A stretch of 63,977 bases of DNA, counting the filler, from Octopus bimaculoides (taxonomy: Eukaryota): assembly GCF_001194135.2 (NCBI RefSeq). It is 4 parts of 4 records of this genome, joined end to end, with 100 filler letters (N's around TTAATTAATTAA, not from the genome) between each part and the next. Parts side by side here need not be neighbours in the genome. Positions count along the whole stretch, not along the records: positions 35,596 to 62,380 come from NC_068982.1; 3 more parts are not named here. One strand, written 5' to 3'. The notes beneath the pieces were generated by a model. The model saw only the letters and a list, made by a program, of their open reading frames with translations, searched no databases and was not told where the DNA came from. The position numbers and the translations under genes are program-made. Positions 40,741-52,979 of this stretch are shown in pieces. The stretch's first letter is position 1. Each line of letters opens with the position of its first letter.

Positions 40741-43534
40741 ACATAATTAAGCTCGACAACTATCTCTGAATGACTCAAAACACTCAATGACCCTAGATAA
40801 CATCGGTGATGATGTATCCAGTTCATAGCAAGATGATATATGACAAAGCTGAGAGTCGTTGAGACACGCAAGTGATTTCACCACGGCAACGTAATAGACA
40901 ATGTTTTTCCGATGTATTGAATTTATTCCATTTTTTATGAAGAAAGTAGTAAAATAAAAGTTGTTTTATTTGCATCCTACTCTAATATCTTATATCAAAA
41001 CAGCTTCGACCAATCTATCTTTCATACCACCAGTGGTCGATAAAATATGGACCGATAATATACTATTTTATTCACTTGACTTATGTCCTTTCATACGCAA
41101 AAAATAAAATGTCATTGGATTTTATTGTTACAGGATATAAATTATTGCTATCGAAGCCGATAAATAGGTTCCAATTTAAGGCAGTGAATTGGCGGAACAA
41201 CTAAAAGTTGAGGTAAGTTGCCTTGCTGTATCTGTTCCGGTTCTTTGTATTCTGATAGTTGGACAACGCTGCTGCCAAGCTGTCGGTTCAAATCGGTGGT
41301 CTTCTCAATACGTAAATATTAGTACCGTAGAGAGGGTAAACTTGTATGCACAGGGATCTATTAATCTTTCCCCAGCCCAAATCCTGCCCAGGTCAGCATA
41401 TATATATATATATATATATGTCTGTGCAGATCCATGGTCTACATTAACTGAGTGATGCCCTAACCTTGGAAGAAGAAACTGTGAAGGTGACCACGGTAGA
41501 ATTTAACTGAGAAAAAAAAAAAAAGGACGAAACCAGATACTGCAAAACATTTAGTCCGTTTCAGCACTGAAGCCATTTTGATTTTGCCGAAATTCAGCCA
41601 GTTCTTGATCAACAGTTTTGGTTTTTGTTTGTAAAGTTAATCTAATTCGTTTCCTTTAAAAGTTCAGTATTGGTTGCCAATTTATTTCTAAGATGATCAT
41701 TTTCGTAATATCGCAATGTCCATAATTTTATGATCCAATATTAATTTGGTGAGCTTTTCTTCTAAATGTGCTTTGTCTGTAACAAAGATTGTATTTCTTC
41801 TTATTAACATTTGGTACGTCTTTCATTGGCAACTTATCTTCTCAACAGGCACTGATCCAAAATGTCTTTCATGCTGTTCTGATTCCATGTTCATTGTTAA
41901 ATTTTACAACTTCCATTTTAGATAACGTAGGAGCTTCTACGTAGAAAAAGAAATAACGGTCAGATCTTCAAATAACACTCTTCCGTCTTAATAAGAGAAG
42001 GCCGCATTGGATANNNNNNNNNNGGATAGACAAAAAATAGGAGACAATCACCATGAAATACTATCGATCATAAGTTTACTCGGAGAAGTGATCTGGACTA
42101 AACAGTAGCAAGAAAAACGTAGCTTTTTGAAAACTAATAGTACATATTTACAATTCAGTACTAGTTGACCCATAAAAGAAATACTATCTTACTATCAAAT
42201 ACATACGAATGTGTAATCCTGATTTATTTGATCGTCATTTAAGAATAACTTAAATGCTTTTGATCATAGGCTGACTTAAGTTTAAACAACTTCCATTTTA
42301 AATATGACCTTATAAGAATATTATTTCTATACACCTTACTGTTTTTGATAACTTTGTAGGGTTAGATGTTTATTGTGACTCATCAAAGGTGGAACAGCTA
42401 GTACTAAACATATTTAGTAGCAAATAAATATTGATTTTTTTTTTGGTGGGGGGAACCATGAAGTTATAATGGAGAAGTATTCTTCTCCATTGAGTACGTG
42501 ACTGGTACTTATTTTATCGACTCAACAGGAATAAAAGACGAAGTTGAGTACGATGGATTTTGAAGTGAGAACGTAGAAACGACGAAAGTAAATACTGCAA
42601 AGCGTTTAGTGTGTTTCTGTCATACTACAGCTCATCATAATTAACAAATTTTAAGCTTATAAAATATTAACCAAGTATTGATGTGCTCTGCGTGTTGATG
42701 CAAGCTTAAGTAAATAATGAAGTAAATAAAGAGAAGAAAAAAATTCCAGAATGAATCATAAATACTTATTGAAAGTTTTTATAAAATAAATACCAGTCAC
42801 GCACTCAAAGGAATCACTAAACGTATAACTACTTCATGGTTTGTACCATTAAAAGAGATCAATATTTATTTGCTACTAAATATGTTTATTGAAAGTTTTC
42901 TTTTTTTTTTTTTAAACAAATGAATGATAGTATCGTGATGGTGGCTTGGTTGGTGCTATGTGGAGCTGGTAAATGAAGATATTTTTCGTTGGCTGCTTGA
43001 ATCATAACTAAAACAAACTCGCGAACATTTAACTTAAATGTTTATTACTAGACATAAGGATATTGAGTTTTGGCAATTTACAATGGACAGCATAAATGTT
43101 ATACTGACTGGAGTAGAGAAAAAAAAACTGCACCGTGTCAATAAAGTTACTTATGAGACATGCGAGTGTTCAGAATGGATGTCTCTGAGAACCTGGAGAT
43201 GCCTGCGGAAATATCCATGACAAAAAGCAGGGACACATAAAATAGCGAGCCCCCTTCAACATTCTGCTATTAAATCGAGCACCAAAACGGTCTTTTATAG
43301 GGTACAAGAATAGTCTTTAGGAAAAAAGAAAAAAAAAACCCCAACAAACAAAAAAAACTACACGTCACAGTTTCACGTTGATTGGTTGTTTAATAGAGCG
43401 ATCACGTGAAACTGGAGATGCGCTCGAGATGTCTGATCGATTATCTTGCGGTTGAGGTTTCGATCCATCTCTACAAAACTATTGAAAATTCTTTTTAATG
43501 AGTAAATACTGAAATAAAAATCTGTTTGAAGCTG

Positions 43535-43925
43535 TCTCACCTCGAACCTACACTAATAACTAAAACTAGGTCTTTCACTTAAGTTAGAGGCTGGTGCTTC
43601 GGTGGCGAAGATTTATGAAGAGTATGGTGTTAAAAAAGAAAACAAACAAACAAACTGTTTGAGATATGTGTAAAGCGAAGAATAAACTCCCTGCATTTTC
43701 TTTGAAATATAATGTGTTGATGCAAATTCCAAATCATCACTTGTTTGTGAAGGCAAGTGTATGAGATCTGCAGAAGATACGGATCTTAAGGAAGCAGTAA
43801 CGAAATAGTTTATCCATCAAAAATCCTGTTGTAGGAGAAATTCACAGCTAACTTGGTATATGAACAACGGGAAGATTCGAAACTTGTGGCGGGTGTAGAT
43901 TACCAAGCTTTTTAAAACGAAATCG
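43535..43925 (+). pseudogene. pogo/Tigger (CENP-B/Jerky-like) transposase N-terminal remnant
   Basis: Translation LKLEAGASVAKIYEEYGVKK..TV*DMCKAKNKL...KCMRSAEDTDLKEAVTK*FIHQKS matches the HTH-psq plus CENP-B HTH pattern, with stops and frameshifts. Confidence 0.75.
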
Positions 43926-43930
43926 TTGAA

Positions 43931-45213
43931 ATGCCAGATGTTGCAGTTTTCGCCCCTTTATAAATGTACTGTGTTAAAAAACACAATATACTTCAGAGCT
44001 AGGCGAAACGAAAATGCCCCGGAACTGATCGCAAGAGTGACAGATAGGCGATTTTCGCCGTATTTGCAGCTTATCGAGGTCTTGTACTCGTATCATTTTC
44101 GAAATGAAGTTACATGAGCTAGTCTGAAATATATAGTGATGGTGTATAAAAAACATAACGGGTTATAATGACGCCGCTTAGGCTGAAAAACTCGAGATAT
44201 GCAATAGGAGCAATCCTAGAAGAAAATCTTTATTTATACGACACATTTAATGTATGTATATTGTTGAAAAACCAGGGAAAATTCCTTTATTGGCATACTG
44301 TGTTAAAAACTATGTGCATCAGAGCTAGGCAAAACGATATCGCTCCTGGAGTGATCGTGAGAACAACAAATGTGTATTTCACCGTATTTGCGGCTTGTCA
44401 ATGTCACGTACTCATATAGTTATATGATACTCTCTCTCTCTCTCTCTTTCCTCCTCTCCTTTTTATGTTTTTTTCACATAAGTAGAAGTATAAAGACATG
44501 AATTCGAAAATGTACTTGGAAAATGCTCTTGGAATCTTTAGGGATATCTGAAGTATAGAATACTAAGAGAAGAAAGATAGTATGATTAATATCAAACGTA
44601 GGAGATAGTTACTCTTCTGAAAAGTTATGGTATTCATTTCCGTACTTGACTTTGCAGCAGTTGTGGTTATACATGGATACTTACGGAAGTCAAAAAAAAA
44701 AAAAAAAAAAAAATGCCATCGTAAACAAATATGAGGAAAAACATTTCTTGTATCAAAACATGTCAAGTGTTTAATTGCTAATGAAAACACTTTGATTTTT
44801 CGCTTTTGAAAACTTTTTTTTTCAAACGGAAAACACTTTTCAACTGGAAAAAAAAATTACCTACTTTTAATGTGTCCTTTAGGATGTAACTTGAAGGAGA
44901 GTTGGTTGTTATTTCTAACAGATTGAATGAGGTTGCTTCATAGACTTGTGATTGGATCTTAAATGTGTCACGAACATTTTTGACTGTTGATAGTGTATAT
45001 GATTGATAATAAAAGAAAACATAAGCGAATATAACAGTAGATAAAACAGTGTTATCATGTGCAATGCAGGGATCATTAAGAAGCTAATTAAAATAAATTA
45101 TTCGACGAGGAATGCCAGATGTTGCAGTTTTCACCCCATTGTAAACGTACTGTGTTAAAAAAAAAACACACAATATACTTCAGAGCTAGGCGAAACGAAA
45201 GTGCCCCGGAACT
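43931..45213 (+). repeat. Three local copies of a 100-165 bp sequence (43931-44095, 44295-44418, 45113-45213)
   Basis: Shared TACTGTGTTAAAAA...TCAGAGCTAGGC(G/A)AAACGA. Copies 1 and 3 are nearly identical over about 100 bp. Confidence 0.85.
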
Positions 45214-47547
45214 GGGAAAAGCCATGACAGATTTATCAATCATATAATCTGACGAGGAAAAGCCATGACAGATTTGGAAAGGTTATCCAAGGCTAATACC
45301 GATTTATGGGGAATAACCCTTCCTTCCTTCTCCCCCCCCCCAATATTTTACATTGAATTTCGTTCAACTTTTTTTGCTTCCACTGAACTATTCTAGAATC
45401 GATATACCTCCAGTGCTAAAAGGGTTATGCATTTCCAGACAGCATGTTTGAAGAATCGTCAATATTGTCTAGCGGCAATATTCAGCTCGAAACCAACGTT
45501 AACATTCTGACCAATTATATGCCACAACCAGAAATATATTACTTAACGTGTGTGTGAAGAAAACAAGAAAAACAGCTACAAACAATAGAGGAAGAGACAA
45601 AGAACTTCTTAATATTTTTCTTCTTTTTGAAGCTCTTATTTGTAGTCGATAGATCTTTGGAAATAAATTGTACCGCAAACATTGATAACTTTTGAAGACT
45701 AATTTAAAAATCTCTCTCCCTCTCAGATTGATGAATTTTACTTTGGAACAAATAGCGTCATAAAGTTTCTGGAGTTACATCATTAAACCTTTCCCTCTGT
45801 GCAATCTCTGACAATATTTGGTGGTGACACGAAATAACTTCACCAAAAACTTACTTTTATTTGTTTTCTCAATTTTTTGGAGTGGGGGGGAGGGGAGAAG
45901 AAAAACAGTAATGTTTGGAGAATAAATTATTTTTAAGTGCCGCCGGAAGGAAAATAGAATAGTGAAGTAAGTGCTATGATACTTAATGTGGTGAGCATGG
46001 TAGCTTTAGTTAACTAAGACCAAAGTTTTATTTATTAGAAGTAAACATTGTGAAACAATACTTAACTCGATCAAACAGCGTCAAAAACGATAACTCAAAA
46101 TATAAATTGCCTTGATGCACCAGAGAAAAGGTATTGTGGTGAGGGAACAAATAGTTTGATCTCTGACAGACACTATAACAGCTGACATGTTTCAGACTTA
46201 TTTGACCTTCTCAGCCAGTCGTGTTGGCCAGATCAAGGCAAAGAAAGGAATATGTGAAAATACAGAAGTTGTACAGTTAGGTTTTGATTCCTTTTACATA
46301 AAACACGATGATCCTAATTTAACTAATGTATTTTATGACTTCAGTGTCTGTGTATTCCGGCTAGGTCTGTGTCGACCTATATATCCTGGATAAATTGCAA
46401 GTAAAAGCTAAATAAATAAATAAATAAATAAATAATGAAAATAAAGAAAACGACGAACTGGAGTATAAACGCAATGTATTGCTCTATGAATGACAAGAAG
46501 AGATATCGATTCAGACTGTTGCTCTTTGTCAATATAAATGGAAGTAGAAGAGGAATCATCAAGGAAGCTCGTCTGCATAATTCTTTGATAACTACACACA
46601 AAGAAAAAATTCTTAATATTACTCTGTTTCTTTCTCGCCACCTTCCATCTATCTTGACAAAGGGCGAACTGATGAAACGTCAACATCTCGCCCCTTTCCT
46701 TCACAGCGCAATACACTGACATGGTCTTCTTATTCGTTTTCTCAATTTCATTTTTGCTCGCAATTTACCCCAAATGATGCGACTGGATATATTTCTATTT
46801 TATGAATATTTGTGAATGTAATGGTATACGCGCGTTTTCTACTTCATTAAAAAAAAAAAAAACTCAATCACGATACAATTGTTTTAATTCAAACAATCCA
46901 TGTACGTTTATAGAACCAGCATTTGCAAGGACTTTCTTTCGAGGAAACTAATTCCCTCACCTTTACGTTTAAAATTATAATTATGACAACTTTTAATTTT
47001 AAATAAATCTGCTGTATAAACATGATTCGATGCTTCTCGATTTTACATTCAGTAATTGGTGCATATCCTTAGTTTAGTATAAAAATACCTTATAATCTTA
47101 AGAAGCTACATTTTTTAGACATTTTCAAAGTATTAAATTTAAATCTAATTAAGATTGAGAATGGTTAATTTTATTATAATAAAATAACAAAAGAACAAAC
47201 AAATACTCAGACAAAAATACGAAATTAATTACAGATTCTGTATTTTAAATGGGGTATGTCTTATATAAGAATATCCGGTGGTGATTTTGAAACGAAAACG
47301 AGATTAAAAGTATGGATAACTAAAAGTAACATAATATTATAATTTCGCTGTTGTTTCTTTGTTTACTGACTGCAAATGTTAATTTCATTGATAAAATATT
47401 ATTGTACACTACAGATGTACTTCACGGAATGAATTTCTAGCTATTGAGAATAAGTTTCAAGTTTTAAGAATTTTGTATAAGACACCGATACGGTAGTCCA
47501 TACATAGTACACTAAGTGTGATAAGGTATTCGTTTAGGAAAATCAAG

Positions 47548-48544
47548 ATGGCCAACGAAGTGGTTCACGCTCCTAACAAAACATGGGAATTAACTTTATA
47601 CGAACTTCATCGGACACCCCAGGAACTTATCACGGACAGTACAGAAATGGCTGTTTCTCCAAGGAGTTTACATAATGAGCTAATGTGTCCTATTTGTTTG
47701 GACATGTTGAAAACAACAATGACAACCAAGGAGTGTTTACATCGGTTTTGTCAAGAATGCATTATCACAGCATTACGTAGCGGCAACAAGGAATGCCCTA
47801 CTTGTCGGAAAAAGCTTGTTTCTAAACGATCCCTTCGCCCAGATCCGAATTTTGATGCCTTGATCTCTAAAATATATCCAAGTCGTGATGAGTACGAAGC
47901 TCAACAACAGCGAGTGCTTGATAAATTAAATAGACATCACAATTCGACAGCGCTTACTAACAGTATCGAAGAGGGTCTTCGACGACAAGCAGAAAACCGG
48001 GTTCAGAGGGTTCGGAAACTTCCATTGGAAGGAGCTCCTGTTTACGATGCAGCTTTTCAAAATCAGCAAACCACTCCATTGACTTCCCAGTCGTCTCAAC
48101 AGCAGCAGCTGCCGTCCAGCACCCCTGGTTCTCAACAACAACCATCTTTGTCTAACAACAATAATAGTACCAGTAATAATAGTCACCACCATCATGCACA
48201 ACAACAACAACAACAACAGCAGCAACAACAGCATCATCATCATCAACAACAACATCAACAGTCATCACAACAACAGAGCACATCATCATCGTCATCATCA
48301 TCATCATTGTCGTCGTCAAACAATTCCGATGTGCTGAATACCACTCCAAGTAAACGACTGAAGACTTCTTCGGAAGAGTCTAGTGCTGAGAATTCCGTCG
48401 GTGAAGGAAGTACCGAACAACAGCAATTGCAGGAGGCTACAGTCAGTGATATTGAACTTGTGTTCAAACCTCATCCTCAGGATGGAGATGTTGTAGTTGA
48501 CCATTCCAACACCAGATACATCAAAACTACTGCTAACGCCACAG
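47548..48544 (+). CDS. RNF2: E3 ubiquitin-protein ligase RING1/RING2 (PRC1 catalytic subunit, Sce orthologue), coding exon 1: N-terminus, RING finger, low-complexity linker, start of RAWUL
   Basis: Translation [16 protein letters not shown]...[74 protein letters not shown] is near-identical to recalled RNF2/RING1. C3HC4 RING at 47686-47805. ATG in strong context (aagATGG) after an in-frame TAG at 47494. Ends IELVFKPHP...[11 protein letters not shown], then donor G|GTAACT at 48545 (phase 1). Confidence 0.97.
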
Positions 48545-50253
48545 GTAACTTTGGTTTCAACAAACCACACATATATATTTTTTGTTTTTGTATTGAAGAT
48601 AATTGCAATCTATAACTTGATTTTGTTATTTTGTTGATTAGTAGAACTAGTTTGCACTCATTTGCAATCATAAAATTGCGGTTTTTGGATCTTAGTCACT
48701 GATTTGAAATCACGTCTTTGTTATTTTTAATTTGCATTAAAACCAGCTGGAAAAAAACATTTAAAGTTGAGTTCAGAGTACTCGGCTTAATTTGTATCTT
48801 GCTGTTATATAGAAAATATATGTAAGATAAGGGGAAAAATCACACAGACACATGCTTCACAATCGAGTGAAAAATACTGGTTCATATATATATATTTTCA
48901 TTTAATATTCAGAGTTATAAATGATTAAGCATTGAAGTCTTATATCTGGTTATAAAATATATTTTTATTGAATGATACACAATTGTACACTCAATGTTTA
49001 TCAATTATATTTCGCTAAATAGTGAAAAGAAAATTTAAAAAAAAAAAAAAAATCTGCAAGTAGATATTTAAACAAAAGTAAACAAGGCAACGAGTTTACT
49101 TGACGGAAATTCAGCTTATAGCTGAGTGTTATTTTATATACATGAACTGGTACGTATTTACTTCTGTCAACACTGATTTGGTCAAGGCTAAGAAAGTGGG
49201 CGTATTTGTTAACTTGGAACCGTTCTAACAAAGTTTAAAAAAACAACACTTTACAACTATCATCGATGATTTCGCCCATGTCTACACTTTATTCGCAGGA
49301 ATATCACAGAGTACAGCTTACAGTTGGTTATTGTTGTCAAGTATCTCAGTTAAATAGTTTGAATTGAAATTTTAACTTTAAAAGTCCTTTGATCGAATTT
49401 AGATTATTCAGTTTTCTATGGTATGTAGGAACAATGACAGTTTATCGGGTTCCCCACATTAACTGAGTTTGGGCAGGCTTTGGGTTGTTGTTTGATCACT
49501 GTACCTGTTGTCTCACACATTGGATGATATTATTTAGTAGTTGCCTTTCTCTCCATTTTCATAATTACACTGGAACCATTACTATATAAATTGACGGTTG
49601 GGATTCAACACTTTACATGAAGTTGTCGTCATGGTAACATCCAAGTTGGTCATTGTTGTGGTTGTCAAATTAACACAACATGAAAGTAAAGGAGGGGAAA
49701 GTGGAAAAAAAATTGGTTCTATTTGTGTCAATATTTTTCATTGGACAGACGCACGAGTTAGAAGGTTGCTTTGGACTTAAATTTTAGACCACAATACTGA
49801 ACTGGGATAAGGGTATGATTTGAATGACGGTTAAATGGTTGATTAAAAAGACAACTTCCCTTAACTATTTGGTAGAAACATTGAATACCTTCATGGTAAT
49901 CGGCTGTCATACTTTGGCTAGAATCCTCCCAGTCCTTGGAGATTTTGGAGAAGTAGCTTACATTTGTGTGAAAAAACAAATCTCACTTTATCTAGAAATC
50001 AATTTACTATTAGTGATTCCTTTTCATGGATATCCCTACATTTTGAGTTTTAAACAGTTCACAAATTTAGATATTTTGTAGAGCTTAGTCAGACTGTAGG
50101 TCCATCTCTAGGTCATTATCAACAGAGTTATTTTGCAAGTAATTAGTATTCCACAGATATTTGTAACCATAACTTAATTCTTAGGTAGAATCTCTTTAAA
50201 TTACAAATACTTTACATCTGATGAGCTTCCAGACAGTTTTTTCTGTCTTTCTC

Positions 50254-50598
50254 ATTAATTCTCAACTTGGGTCCATATGATTCCTGGGGATCCATATAAG
50301 ATTTTGTGGGGTGGGTTTGTGCAGACAAAATAGTAAATTGTGGCCTCATAGAAGCACATTAAGGGTCCATGAAAAGTATTTTGCTTTAGATGTATTTATT
50401 GCAAGAAACAGCTAAATTTCTTTTTCTAATGTCTTACATAGTTCAAACTACACAAGTTAATGTGTGATGAACAAAATAGGAATTTTGAAAGAAGTGTCTA
50501 TGAAACTAGTTTTTAAACATTGAATGGCTATTTTATTTCATCAGAATAATATAGTAATCAAAGGAGTCCATAGATAAAAAATGCTTAAGAACCACTGG
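50254..50598. mobile_element. hAT/Charlie-like MITE
   Basis: Degenerate ends cattaattctcaac..gggtcc and gagtccatagataaaaaatgcttaagaaccactg. A related interrupted copy lies at about 20690-21177 and a terminal fragment at about 36240-36335. Confidence 0.55.
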
Positions 50599-50656
50599 TC
50601 TATCCAATTTTACTCTTAAGTCTATGCTAGAGGACATTTGCTTAAGGTGCCACATC

Positions 50657-50875
50657 GGTGAGCTGGCAGAAACGTTAGCATGCTGGGCGAAATGCTTAGT
50701 GGTATTTCATTTGCCGTTACGTTCTGAGTTCAAATTCCACCGGGGTTGACTTTGCCTTTCATCCTTTCAGGGTCAATAAATTAAGTACCAGTTACACACT
50801 GGGGTTGATGTAATTGACTTACTCTCTTTGTCTGTCCTTGTTTAGCCCCTTGTGGGCAATAAAGAAATAAGAATT
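50657..50875 (+). mobile_element. SINE family C with alternative tail, in RING1 intron 1
   Basis: Family C head and body, then TTGTCTGTCCTTGTTTAGCCCCTTGTGGGCAATAAAGAAATAAG. Confidence 0.85.
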
Positions 50876-50877
50876 AA

Positions 50878-51270
50878 ACTTACTTACTTGAGCTCCTCAC
50901 CCCTTACGGCACACAGGCCAACAATGACATTCTCTCCACTGTTCCCAACCCTGGGATATCTTTTCTGCTTCTTTGCAGTTGGATTACTTCTGCATCATAT
51001 GTTTCCCTGAGGGAAGGCCTTCCTCTCCTAAGTCTTGTTGGTTTTGAATTGTCATTGATGCTTCTGTAACTTATCTTTATTATTCTAGGCAGGGGTGTTG
51101 GCACAATGTAAACCCATTTTTACGTTTGGGAAGAGGAGGAGGACCATATTTGTTTGGTCTCTGTCCTTTGACCTGTCCAGCATAGGAGGCCCTATCAGGA
51201 GTTTGTGTTTCACTAGCATAGCTCTAAGGGTCATTGAGGCACATAAGCCATCACACCACAATAAAGTGGA
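50878..51270 (-). mobile_element. Bipartite (internally deleted) RTE element: RTE 5' UTR joined to ORF C-terminus and (TAAG)n tail
   Basis: The minus strand starts CCACTTTATTGTGGTGTGATGGCTTATGTGCCTCAATGACCCTTAGAGCTATGC (RTE/BovB-like 5' end). It ends RRGRP...GLCAVRGEELK* followed by TAAGTAAG. Confidence 0.65.
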
Positions 51271-52651
51271 AGATTAAACTTTGTTTCATAATTGTGAATT
51301 GGATTTCTTAACCACTGCTGCTTTAATATTACTGTTGCTGCTGCTGCTGCTGCTGCTGCTACACACACACATTAAAAACGTTATTTAAATTAAAAGTATA
51401 TCGCATTGTGAACATTAATTTCAAACTATTGATAAAAGATAATTTAGTATTAACTGATGTTGAAGATTAATATCAGCTATCAGCTAATTTCTTGCTTATT
51501 CTACATTAATAGCCATTGTAATGAATTTACCTATCTGTTTGGTGTATATTCTTAGTCAACATAACCTGTCATGGTTATTTTCATATTCTTTTAATATTTC
51601 TTGCTGGCTCTGAGTTGAGAAGTTTTTAAATCATTGTTTTGGTTGTATTTTTGTGTTTCTTTCCTGGAGAAGTGATCTGTTAGTTCTGCTTAAAAAGTTG
51701 TAAATGATTCATTAAAATTTCAACCCAGTCTATCAGCTAAAGGGTTTACCATTCATATTCTTTTATCTCTTTTGTGTTATCGGCAATGTCATTAACTCCT
51801 GCTAGTTCATACATGGTAATTAGGTACCATGTAAAGTTACTGCACATTGATGTAAGTAGTGAGAGTATTGTATAAGTAATAATTGTGTTCATTTTGTTAC
51901 CTTGAAGTGGTTGGTTATTGCAGAAGAAATGAATAATGACATTTTTAATTATGATCCAAGAAATGCTGGAAACAATTTCACCTGGAGTTGAAGGAACAAT
52001 CAGTCAAGCAGTACTAAAAATTTAAAGATTTGAGGTTGTATTTCAGCCTTACTGAGCTAAGTTCTTTGTTTGATACTGGGATGAAAAAATTAGTGATGTT
52101 TGTTTGTAATGGATAAAGGATAAAGACTCCCTTTGGTGATGAATGACCATTGGATTGCATCTAGAAAGTTCCCCTTTTCAAACTAGTAGGATGTAATCTG
52201 ATGGGAATTTGGTTGTATTTTAATTTCTCTTAGCATTTTCACATTTGGCTTTATGTTGGTTTTTCTTCGCATTCCAATCACTTGGAATTTTATTAGGGTT
52301 ATTTCACTTTTTAGAGCTGAAGATACTTGGATGATTACCACGTGTGTGTGTGTTTATATTTGTGTGTGTGCACGTGCATATTTGTGTGTGAGTAGAGAGA
52401 AAGAGAGAGGAAGTAGCTTCAAAACAAACTTTATTCCAATTATATTTATATTTGTAAGTAATCAAATGGAATTGAATGAATCAATATAGTGTCACTAAAT
52501 AAGTTATTGACTCTGTGGATAATAGCTTTAACCTGTTTCCGTAGACCTGAAATACTAAAGAGGATTTTCTGTTTCAAGTTACTATCACCTCTGACCTAGT
52601 CTTACAGAAAGCTTGGGTTTGTTATGTATTTGTTTATGCATTATGGAAATA

Positions 52652-52856
52652 TATGAGGGGGTGCTGAAAAGTTCCTGGCTTTGGAAGGATCAGTTAATTA
52701 TGATTTTATTCAACGTGTTCCTCTCTCAGATTCACACACTTATTGCAGTGGTCCTTCAGTTTTTCTAAGCCCTATAAAAGAACTTGGAAGTTTGGGCCTC
52801 CAACTAGGCCTTTCCTGTTACCCTTAACGCTTGGAATTTTCCAGCTACCCCTTGTA
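52652..52856. mobile_element. Mariner-type MITE about 120 bp upstream of RING1 exon 2
   Basis: TIRs TATGAGGGGGTGCTGAAAAGTTCCTGGC and GCTTGGAATTTTCCAGCTACCCCTTGTA, with TA ends. Confidence 0.75.
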
Positions 52857-52979
52857 TACTCCAACTGTAATGTAATGGTGTTTCATTGATATAAGCCATC
52901 TTTGAAAATTAAGTAAAACTGTGAATATTGTTTGCTTTGTATTTTATATATTAACCATTTGTGTTATTTAATTTTTCAG

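Noticed and set aside
47518-47547. GTG start and 365-aa single-exon RING1 as in the ORF track
   Set aside because: The ATG at 47548 has a strong context. Homology stops at the 48545 donor and resumes in exons 2 and 3, so the ORF tail is intron read-through.
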